A stretch of 63,800 nucleotides of DNA, the filler included, from Octopus bimaculoides (lineage: Eukaryota): the NCBI RefSeq assembly GCF_001194135.2. It is 5 parts of 5 records of this genome, joined end to end, with 100 filler letters (N's around TTAATTAATTAA, not from the genome) between each part and the next. Parts side by side here need not be neighbours in the genome. Positions count along the whole stretch, not along the records: positions 48,019 to 52,566 come from NC_068992.1; positions 52,667 to 56,551 come from NW_026359742.1; positions 56,652 to 63,800 come from NC_068985.1; 2 more parts are not named here. The stretch is one strand, 5' to 3'. The notes beneath the pieces were generated by a model. It saw only the letters and a program-made list of their open reading frames with translations. It was not told the origin of the DNA and searched no databases. Below, one piece after another: positions 48,669-58,480 of this stretch (positions are counted from its first letter, which is position 1; the number at the start of each line of letters is the position of its first letter). Both the position numbers and the translations under genes were made by a program.

Positions 48669-49397
48669 AAATAAAATCATTTGCAAGGCGAAGTTCTCAT
48701 CAGCAGATACGCCAAAACATTAACATATTAATTAGAGACGAAATAACACGTGTCTCATCCTTATATATTATAATTTTTTCAAATCCTCCTCGTAAGCGCA
48801 GATTCAATCGGCAGCAAATAAAAATTCCGATTAAACTTCAGAAATTGCTAAAATCATTTCTTAAAATTAATATAGGGAAGGAAAAAAATTATAGAAATTT
48901 TTTCTACCAGTGGCCTAGTATGTATACAAAGTCAATAGACATATTTTTCATATAAAAATTAGTGTACACAAAGAGGCGAGCCTTAAGCAGGTTGTCTAAC
49001 ATACTAGAAAGAACAGTCAAAAAGTCCAAACCACAGTTTAAGAGCAATTTCGAAGGGAATGAAAAATAAAAAAAAAGAAAGAAAAAAAACATTCACAATG
49101 CGCGGAGGATTTGAAAAATTATAATGTATAAGGATGAGACACGAGTTATTTAGTCTCTAGTTTATATGTTAATGTTTTGGTGTATCCGCTGATAAGAACT
49201 TTGCCTTACAAATTATTTTATTTGCTAATTTAAGTTCGAAACCTGAGTTCCGGGTGTAAAACATGGTAAATGTTTTTAGTTTTCGTTCCCTTCGAAATTG
49301 CTCTTAATCTGTGGTTTGGACTTTTTGACTGGTCTTTCTAGTATGTTAAGCAACCTGCTTAAGGCTCGCCTCTTTGTGTTTAAATGTACACTAATTT
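48669..49397. repeat. Two interleaved inverted repeats (A, B, A', B')
   Basis: 48669-48789 is the reverse complement of 49104-49223; 48956-49065 is the reverse complement of 49278-49397. Confidence 0.85.
49181..49258 (+). ncRNA. Type I hammerhead-ribozyme-like motif (two deviations from consensus)
   Basis: Stem I TGTATCCG/CGGGTGTA, core CTGATAA, stem II GAACTT/AAGTTC, GAAA, stem III AC-ctga-GT(T), cleavage-site C at 49250. Folded by eye. Confidence 0.55.
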
Positions 49398-50040
49398 ACT
49401 ACAGCTTAGATAACTGCTCACAATAGTGTTCCTTGGAGCTAAGTAGTCAGACCTTCCGAGCTCAAGTGTCTCTCTTTCTCTTGTCGGTTACATAGTATCC
49501 ACTACCATACACTCTCCACTAGCCGCTATCCAAGCTTGCTTCTCCCATAACGTCATAATCCTTTCACTGCTCATACTTTTCCCACAACGGTAGACTTGCA
49601 CTTGTTCAAAAGAAAAGTTAAACATGTTGATCTCACCGAAGAATGCGGCTATAATTCCTTCCTCCAAGCAATCCCTCATCAAAAGTAAAGTAAAGTTAAT
49701 TTGCTGTGTATCTTCGCTGTCGTATTGTGTTTAAGTTACGTTTTAATATAAAGTTTAATATGGAGTCAGGGTACCATTAAGTCTACAGTTTAGTACATAC
49801 TTTAGAGTTTAGTACTGAGTTAAATACACGTTTTAGGAGAGAGAATTAAGTTATAGGTCGATGTAGAACGTATTAGTTCTTTCAGGTTGAATCTCTGGAG
49901 CACTGGAAATAAAATTATCATTTTCATTATTGTTAATTTTCGTATAAAATTTTAATTGGTGAACCAAGTTGGGCAACTAATTAATATTTCAAATGTACAA
50001 TATTTCAGAATCTTTTTGCTATTTCACAGCAAAATATTTA

Positions 50041-50046
50041 TTTATT
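50041..50046 (-). terminator. Candidate polyadenylation signal AATAAA of the 701-aa ORF
   Basis: tttatt on the + strand, about 50 nt downstream of the TGA; the hexamer is common in AT-rich DNA. Confidence 0.4.
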
Positions 50047-50096
50047 GGCCTGAAAAAACTTAAAAACATAACCCTGCGAATCCATCTCGAAGAATC

Positions 50097-52202
50097 TCAT
50101 ATTTCGAAAGAAGAATTTTCAAAATCGTATGGTATGTCTATTACGTTGTCTGGAGAGTTAAAAGCAACTCGGCGAATTGATTTATCACTCGAGAACGAGT
50201 TGCGTGCTGCAGGTATATACTCATCGGCAACTGGAGACCTAAAAGTAACTCGGTGAATTGGATTATCAGTCGAGAACGAGTTGTGTGCTGCAGGTATATA
50301 CTCATCGATAACTGGAGACCTAAAAGTAACTCGGCGAATTGGATTATCAGTCGAGAACGGGTTGAATGCGTCAGATGCATCCTCATCGATAACTGGAGAC
50401 ATAAAAGTAACTTGGCGAATTGGATTAACAGGCGAGATCGAGTAGTCTGCCTCAGGTGCAGCCTTACCGGTAGCCGACATCGAGTAGCATGTTTCAGGTG
50501 TAGGATCCACATTAATATTCGACATCGAATGGTATGTCTCAGGTGTAGCATCCTCATCAAGAGTCGACATCGAGCAGTATGTCTCGGATGTATCCTCATC
50601 AAGTGTCGAGATCGAGTAGAATGATTCAGATGTATCATCATCGCCAATAATATCATCATCACCAATAATAACATCATCGCCAATAACATCATTATCACCA
50701 ATAATATCATCATCGCCAATAATAGGAGTAGGTTGACTTGACGTTGAAGGGCTGCTTACATGGAAAAGTGATTCAGGAGATGTATATTCCTCGGCAATCG
50801 AATAAAGAAATGATTTCTCGCCTGGCAAGGTTTCCCGGTCTGCCATTCTATTGAAATAGGCTTCTTGGGCTGGATGAAACGGTGTACTCTGCCACATTGC
50901 ACCGCTTATTGTAGGATCTTGACTTACCAAAATTGGTCCTTCAGATGACGGGACTATGTCAATATCGTACTCAGGTTTTTGGTTCGATTTGTAATGTGGA
51001 TTATAAAACATATCATAAATTAGATATGCACCACGATTTTGAAACCTATTTAAGTCATCATTGATTGATAAAACATTTCTTTCGCCACCTTTGATTGATT
51101 TCTTCTTATTCGTGACATCGTCTGCTTCATTCAATTTTCCATGTTGAAATTTGTTATTTTCATAAACATCCTTATTGTCTGTTTCTTTATGCGTACCATA
51201 TTTCTCCGTGTCTACGTCTGAGGAATCTTCGTTTAACTGGTCGTTGTTTTGACTTCCGTTCACGTCAACAGTACCACAGCCTTCAGTGTTTCCATGATCA
51301 ATGCTTTGAGAATATTTATCATCATCATTATTTCCTGTACTTTCCACATCATCACTGCTATCCTCTTCAATATTTTCATGATCAATGCTTTGAGAATATA
51401 TATTATCATCATTATTTCCTGCACTTTTCACATTATTAGCACCACCCCCTTTAATACTCTTATGATCACTGCTTTGAGAATATATATCGTCATTATAATC
51501 ACCTGTAGTGTTCACACTATCAGTACCACCCCCTTTATTATTCTTATGATCCCTGCTTTGAGAATATATATCATCATTATAACCTCCTGTACTTTTCACA
51601 TTATTAGCACCACCCCCTTTATTATTCTTATGATCCCTGCTTTGAGAATATATATCATCATTATAACCTCCTGTACTTTTCACATTATCAGCACCACCCC
51701 CTTTATTATTCTTATGATCCCTGCTTTGAGAATATATATCATTATAACCTACTGTACTTTTCACGTCATCAGTACCATTCCCTTCAACATTCTCACAATC
51801 ACTGCTTTGTGAATATGTATCGTCATTATAACTGCCTGTAGTTTTCACATCCTCAGTAACGTCCTCTTCAATAGTTCCATCATCACTATCGTGAGAGTAT
51901 ATATCGTCATTAGAACCTACTGTAGTTTTCACATCATTAGTACTCTCCTCTTCGATATTCTCGTGATCATTGGTTTGAGAATATATATCGTCATTATAAC
52001 CTCCTGTAGTTTTCACAGTACCATTCTCTGCACTATTTTCATATTCACTATCTTCAGAATAAACATCGTCTTCATTATCTCCTGTAGTTTTGTCATCTTC
52101 CTCATTTGCTTCGTCTCGATCTTGTGACTGGTCGGCCATTTGTTTACGCTGGGAGCAGAGGCGTTCATAAGACGAAACACTTTCATTCTCTGTGGAATCC
52201 AT
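50097..52202 (-). CDS. Uncharacterised acidic, repeat-built 701-aa protein (probably single-exon), candidate phosphatase-docking scaffold
   Basis: 2.1 kb stop-free frame in an AT-rich genome. All internal repeat periods and indels are multiples of 3 (84, 18, 42-45, 81 nt). In-frame stop 8 codons upstream of the ATG; AATAAA at 50046-50041. No recognisable folded domain, signal peptide or TM segment. Confidence 0.8.
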   Translation of the reverse strand: MDSTENESVSSYERLCSQRKQMADQSQDRDEANEEDDKTTGDNEDDVYSEDSEYENSAENGTVKTTGGYNDDIYSQTNDHENIEEESTNDVKTTVGSNDDIYSHDSDDGTIEEDVTEDVKTTGSYNDDTYSQSSDCENVEGNGTDDVKSTVGYNDIYSQSRDHKNNKGGGADNVKSTGGYNDDIYSQSRDHKNNKGGGANNVKSTGGYNDDIYSQSRDHKNNKGGGTDSVNTTGDYNDDIYSQSSDHKSIKGGGANNVKSAGNNDDNIYSQSIDHENIEEDSSDDVESTGNNDDDKYSQSIDHGNTEGCGTVDVNGSQNNDQLNEDSSDVDTEKYGTHKETDNKDVYENNKFQHGKLNEADDVTNKKKSIKGGERNVLSINDDLNRFQNRGAYLIYDMFYNPHYKSNQKPEYDIDIVPSSEGPILVSQDPTISGAMWQSTPFHPAQEAYFNRMADRETLPGEKSFLYSIAEEYTSPESLFHVSSPSTSSQPTPIIGDDDIIGDNDVIGDDVIIGDDDIIGDDDTSESFYSISTLDEDTSETYCSMSTLDEDATPETYHSMSNINVDPTPETCYSMSATGKAAPEADYSISPVNPIRQVTFMSPVIDEDASDAFNPFSTDNPIRRVTFRSPVIDEYIPAAHNSFSTDNPIHRVTFRSPVADEYIPAARNSFSSDKSIRRVAFNSPDNVIDIPYDFENSSFEI
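50140..50440 (-). repeat. Coding tandem array, ~4 x 81 bp (27 aa), each unit carrying an RVxF motif
   Basis: gagaac recurs at 50191, 50272 and 50353 (period 81); motifs RQVTF, RRVTF, HRVTF, RRVAF. Confidence 0.92.
50634..50723 (-). repeat. Coding tandem array, 5 x 18 bp (IIGDDD hexapeptide)
   Basis: IIGDDD IIGDND VIGDDV IIGDDD IIGDDD in the translation. Confidence 0.9.
51258..52089 (-). repeat. Coding tandem array, 10 x ~84 bp (28 aa, consensus STGGYNDDIYSQSRDHKNxxGGGxxxVK)
   Basis: ccctgc recurs at 51551 and 51635 (period 84); the units are visible in the translation. Confidence 0.92.
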
Positions 52203-52254
52203 GCCGGTCACCTCAAATAATTCTCAATGGACAGAAATTGTTTTACTTTCAACT

Positions 52255-52268
52255 GTGACGTCACCAAT
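52255..52268. promoter_or_regulatory. Palindromic CRE (GTGACGTCAC) overlapping a CCAAT box, about 55 bp upstream of the ATG of the 701-aa ORF
   Basis: TGACGTCA at 52256-52263; CCAAT at 52264-52268 (+ strand). Function is inferred from position only. Confidence 0.45.
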
Positions 52269-52308
52269 GGAATGTAACAGAAATTCTGGATTCTAGCAGC
52301 AGCAACAG

Positions 52309-52357
<49 letters not shown>

Positions 52358-53222
52358 GTCATCATCATCATCATCATCATCATCAACAGCAGCAGCAGCG
52401 GCGGCGGCGGCGGCGGCGACAGCATCAATGGTGCTGCTGTCGCCATATTACTATTGCCGTTAATACGAATATTACGTTGAACCTATAGCGGCTACTGGAG
52501 GAATGCGTCAAGAGTTAAATCACAGGGACAAACAACAAAACTATGCTTGCATACACACACACACACNNNNNNNNNNNNNNNNNNNNNNNNNNNNNNNNNN
52601 NNNNNNNNNNTTAATTAATTAANNNNNNNNNNNNNNNNNNNNNNNNNNNNNNNNNNNNNNNNNNNNATATATATATATACACACACACACTTATATACAT
52701 ATATACATATATATATAGGCGAGAATAAAATGGAGGACAAATGACAAACAGAAGTGTGTCTTTTGTGCTAGTAAGCCATTACTTCTCAGTCTCACCTTTA
52801 TTTGCTAATTAAATAATAGCTTACTAGTGCAAAAGACACACCTGGTTGTTATTTCTCCTCCATTTTCTTATCGCCTATATAAATTAAACTACGGTTACCC
52901 ACTATATTACCTGCTGCTGTATACCTTTTACCAAGGAATATACCTACTGAGGTAATTACCAGTAGTGCCTGTGGATATATCTATCGTTTAGAGGCTTTAA
53001 ACACCTCTAACTTATACCTACTCTTTTACTTGTTTCAGTCATTTGACTGCGACCATGCTGGAGCACCGCCTTTAGTCGAGCAAATCGACCCCAGGACTTA
53101 TTCTTTGTAGGCCTAGTACTTATTCTATCGGTCTCTTTTTGCCGAATTGCTAATTGACGGGAACATAAACACACCAGCATTAGTTGTCAAGCAATCCTAG
53201 GGGGACAAACACAGACACACAA

Positions 53223-53255
<33 letters not shown>

Positions 53256-53412
53256 CATATATACATATATATATATGTATATGTATTCATATATATGGCT
53301 GTGTGGTAAGAAGTTTGCTTCCCAACTACATGGTTCCAGATTTAGTCCTTCTGCATGGAACAGTCCTTCTGTATATCATTAGCATTAGAAAGAAGATCAA
53401 CACATATATACA

Positions 53413-53446
<34 letters not shown>

Positions 53447-54619
53447 CATATATATATANNNNNNNNNNNNNNNNNNNNNNNNNNNNNNNNNNNNNNNNNN
53501 NNNNNNNNNNNNNNNNNNNNNNNNNNNNNNNNNNNNNNNNNNNNNNNNNNNNNNNNNNNNNNNNNNNNNNNNNNNNNNNNNNNNNNNNNNNNNNNNNNNN
53601 NNNNNNNNNNNNNNNNNNNNNNNNNNNNNNNNNNNNNNNNNNNNNNNNNNNNNNNNNNNNNNNNNNNNNNNNNNNNNNNNNNNNNNNNNNNNNNNNNNNN
53701 NNNNNNNNNNNNNNNNNNNNNNNNNNNNNNNNNNNNNNNNNNNNNNNNNNNNNNNNNNNNNNNNNNNNNNNNNNNNNNNNNNNNNNNNNNNNNNNNNNNN
53801 NNNNNNNNNNNNNNNNNNNNNNNNNNNNNNNNNNNNNNNNNNNNNNNNNNNNNNNNNNNNNNNNNNNNNNNNNNNNNNNNNNNNNNNNNNNNNNNNNNNN
53901 TATATATATATATATATATATATTCGTATATTTTGCCTTTATTGCTCTTCTTTCTAATACTAATGATATACAGAACTGTTTTTAACAAATGAGAGAAAGA
54001 GAAAATAGAATTCAGGAAATTCTTTATTAATCATTACAAGAATAAATCGACCCAGTGTGCACCAGTCCCTTGCAGGTGAGATAGTTGATGGCTGATAGTG
54101 GGAGATTAGAAGGTAAAGAGATTAAGACACAAGGTCCCTTTTGATAAGTCACCTGATGAAACACATCTGCACCAAATGATGCACTACCACTGTTTGTACA
54201 GGGACCGATGCATGATGGATCAAATTGACCATAGTGGTTAATTACGGAACTCCTGAATTCCAATTTCTTTCTCTTTCTTTCATATTTTATAAACTCTATA
54301 GACACGAAGGAATTCCTGAAGTGAATCCAGTGGCATTTAAATGATTTCATGCTGTTAATGACATGAGGTACCCAAATACAGTGAACAGGCTTTAAATGGC
54401 ATACTACCAGGTGTAAACCCAAATCTAAAATTATTAGTTATCTAAAAAAGTGCCAAGCTCCAAATGTGGAGGGCATCTGTGGAAGAGCTAGACAGGAAGA
54501 CGTGAGATGAAGTGGTAAGAAAAGATCTTCATAGATTAGGCCTCACTGAAGAAATGAAAAGGGAACGGAAGAGGGAGCAATTAGCTGTACTTGATAAGAT
54601 GTGTCAAGCTAAGTAAAAC

Positions 54620-55090
54620 TGCTGTCTTCCACACATACAGGCTTGTCTTTTCAGGTGCCGGTGTCACTTAAGAAGCCCCTATGCTGGTGCTGCATAAAGA
54701 AGCCCCTATGCTGGTGCTGCATAAACACACTCGTGCCAGGACTGCAGTAAGCACCACTTGTGCCAGTGGCGCATAAGAAGTATCCGGCCCACTCTGTTAA
54801 TTGGTTGGCATTAGGACAGGCATCCAGTCATATAAGCTATGCCACAACAGACAATTGGAGTCTAAACAGTTCCTTGCTAGCCATGTCCATATCAAATCAT
54901 CCAACCCATGCCAGCATGGTAAGCAGACAGTAAATGAAACAAACTGCAGAGTGGTTGGTGTTTGGAAGGGCATCCAGCCATAAAAACCATGCCAAAATAG
55001 ACGCTCCTGCCTGGCCAGCTCCTATCAAACCGTCCAACCCATGCCAGCATGGAAGGAGGATGTTAAACGAAGATGATGATGATGATGATA
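54620..55090 (+). mobile_element. Dispersed retroposon 3' end with (GAT)n tail; related copies at 18460-18710 and 3545-3820
   Basis: Shared ggaagggcatccagc...ccagctcctatcaaaccgtccaacccatgccagcatgga followed by (gat)n. Confidence 0.55.
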
Positions 55091-55092
55091 TA

Positions 55093-55142
<50 letters not shown>

Positions 55143-55205
55143 CTATATATATGTATGGATATATGTGTATATAAATATGTGTATCTATATATATGTATAT
55201 TTATG

Positions 55206-55244
<39 letters not shown>

Positions 55245-55640
55245 TTATATGCATATATAAGTGTATGAATATACATATGTGTTTATATATGTAAGTATAT
55301 ATATATACATATATATATATCTTTGTGTGCGTGTGCGCATGCACGTATGTATGTTTGTTTCTTTGTGCCTGTATTGCTCCTCCACTGCCCCTGCTTGACA
55401 ACCGGTGTTGGTGTGTTTATGTCCCTGTAACTTAGCAGTTCAGCAAAAAATAATGACTGAATAAGTATGAGGCTTCGTACAAAAAATAAGTACAGGGTTT
55501 CGTTCGTTTGACTAAAATAACGATAGTATTTAAAATGAACGACTATGATAATTAAAAAATGGTAATTATAATAGGTACGTCGTTATTTTCCCAGTAATAA
55601 CAGTAGCTGTTAACACCAAGTAATCACCGTGAAGTGTCAC

Positions 55641-55680
<40 letters not shown>

Positions 55681-55872
55681 TGTGTGTGAGGCAATACCTA
55701 CAATTATGCAACCAGCTGCTAAGAATGTCATGTGAATCTTGTTGCACTGAATTGCACTTATTTGTTTGTTCATATATTCACACTGATACATTCATGCACA
55801 CACACACACGTGCACACACACACATACATACACTCATGTTTGTGTATATGTATGTTGCATATGTATATGTAA

Positions 55873-55913
<41 letters not shown>

Positions 55914-55967
55914 AATATATATATTGATATATATGTATAATACTCCACACACTTGTATGTGTGTTTC

Positions 55968-56002
<35 letters not shown>

Positions 56003-56123
56003 GTATGTAGGCATGTATGTATGTACATATGGATAGATAGATAGACAAACAGACAGACAGACAAAAACAGAGAGACATAGATAGAAGGATAGATAGACAG
56101 ATACACAAACAGACAGAGATAGG

Positions 56124-56176
<53 letters not shown>

Positions 56177-56515
56177 GGACAGACAGACAGACAGGCAGAC
56201 AGATAGATAGATGGATAGATAGATAGACAGACATAGATACATAGACAGACAGGCAGACAGATAGATATACATACTGGGCCAAAAGTCACAGACTTTCAAT
56301 GTACACAGATAGATACATACAACACACACACACGCATATATGTATATACACACAAACACACACACATATGTATACACACACACACAGATGTGCGTATAAA
56401 TACACACAAAAATGTGCTGTCAGTGAGATATATATTTTATTTATTATAATTTCCTGCCTTTTCGCCCATCCTGTGAGTATAATATATGTATCTGCATATG
56501 TATGTGTGTATGTGA

Positions 56516-56551
<36 letters not shown>

Positions 56552-56992
56552 NNNNNNNNNNNNNNNNNNNNNNNNNNNNNNNNNNNNNNNNNNNNTTAAT
56601 TAATTAANNNNNNNNNNNNNNNNNNNNNNNNNNNNNNNNNNNNNNNNNNNNCACCACGGACCGGTTTTCATGAAAATAATGAAATAACTTTGTCTGATGT
56701 TTGGAACATAATAATAACTTTAAAATTAAACCTTGGGAGAGGCATTATGCCGGTAATAAACACACGCACTGGTTCAGTCCTTTATTAATTTATATAGTTT
56801 TTTGTTAAATTATTTCATTGGACTCTTGCAATCTCAAGTAAGCAACCAATCAATCAAATACTCAGTCAGTCGATGAACAAGTAACAAATCCAACTAAGTA
56901 ACAAATCAAACGATCAATCAGTCGCTCAAACAACAAATCAATCAACTAATCATTTATCGATCTCATGAATCTATCAAGGCCGAGAGACTTAC

Positions 56993-57112
56993 CTAAACAG
57001 GAACCGTTTTCTAACAAGGAATATCCTGGCCGACATTTGCAGTTGAAACCACCGACAGTGTTCTCGCAGATATGCTGGCATCCACCATTGGCCAATTGGC
57101 ATTCGTTGATGT
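56993..57112 (-). CDS. Calcium-binding EGF-like exon (120 nt, phase 1-1)
   Basis: tacctttacag|ACATCAAC...TTAG|GTAAGT; [40 protein letters not shown]. Confidence 0.93.
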
Positions 57113-57534
57113 CTGTAAAGGTAGCAATGATAGTAGGAACTGAACAAGCATCATAACGATTGCAACAAAATCGTTTTTTTTTCAATTATGTTATGAATAA
57201 TTTCCCTTGAAATTCTGTATAAATATATTGGATTTAACCCTTAATACGTGTTTTTGAAGAGTCTAACAGGGAAAGAAAGCGCTTACACACAGCGAGAAAA
57301 CTTTAAGGTTCGTGCTGTTCTTCTGTTTTCCACTTTTGTTTTAAATATTGAACAATTTTTAAGAAAATCTTTCTTTAACTATTGTGCCTGTATCAAGTAT
57401 TTTTAGCAAAACCTTTTAAATGTGTGTGTGTGCGTGTATGTGCGTGCGTGTATGTGCGTGCGTGTATGTGCGTGCGTGTATGTGCGTGCGTGTATGTCTC
57501 TGAGTGTGTTGTGCGCGCGTGTGTGTGTGGAAGG

Positions 57535-57627
<93 letters not shown>

Positions 57628-57917
57628 TAAATGTACATACACACAAACTATATTCAAAACAATGTTTTTGTTCCAGTTTTTGCCATTTTTTCATTTTATT
57701 TTCATGTTTTTTTTTGTTTTTTTTATGAGTTGCTTCCATTTTGGTTGAAATTAATTCCTAAACCTAGATTTAGCAGCTCTAATGATCAGGCCGGTTGCCA
57801 TAAATTTATAGGTAAAAACTGGAAAAAAAAATCAATATAAAAAGACGAAACCAGAATACGTATTTTCGGCGCATAGTTTAAAAGAACAGTTGTTCCTCAC
57901 ACACACACACAGACACA

Positions 57918-57961
<44 letters not shown>

Positions 57962-57984
57962 CACATACATACATACATATATAT

Positions 57985-58480
57985 ATATATCACCTGTATC
58001 ACCAATGTCGACCAGGCTATCTGATGCCGTCATGCACCGCTGGTTACAATGCGCTTCCAATTCTTTCTTGATGGAGCCTTTCTTCTCTACATTACCTCAA
58101 ATCGTTAAGCTAAATCATCTTCCCTTCATCGTGGAGGCCCTTCGAGTGGGCTTTTCCGGTCCCTTGGATACTACTTAGAAACTGCACGGGTCCTGATTGA
58201 TGTCAGTAAACGTTGCAACAGGGTCCGACCCAGTGGAACTTGTTCATTCAATTATCTACAACCATGTCGATCATTCTGTTCCGTTTTCAAATGACCTCAT
58301 TTCAGATATGATTTCGAATTGATTTTCCATGGTCTTTTGCGTCATAGCCAATCAACGGTCTCTCATTGTATCAGACTCAGATAGATGCGGGTTTCCGAAA
58401 TTTGTGTGTGTAGCAGAAGTACTTTCTAGATATGAAAGCAATGATTCACAGTAAACCTCACCTCATCTATGGTTCTATTT
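57985..58480 (-). mobile_element. Decayed RTE-like LINE 3' fragment
   Basis: Broken frame with a ...RKSPLEGPPR*REDDL...NWKRIV ending before a microsatellite tail. Confidence 0.4.

Noticed and set aside
50141-51812. Alternative-frame and antisense ORFs (50141-50719, 50253-50624, 51249-51812, 51891-52127)
   Set aside because: Shadows of the in-frame repeats of the 701-aa ORF.
50097-52202. Calling the acidic RVxF protein a GADD34/PPP1R15 orthologue
   Set aside because: It lacks the KVxF...W...RxGxW eIF2-binding module; the similarity is architectural only.
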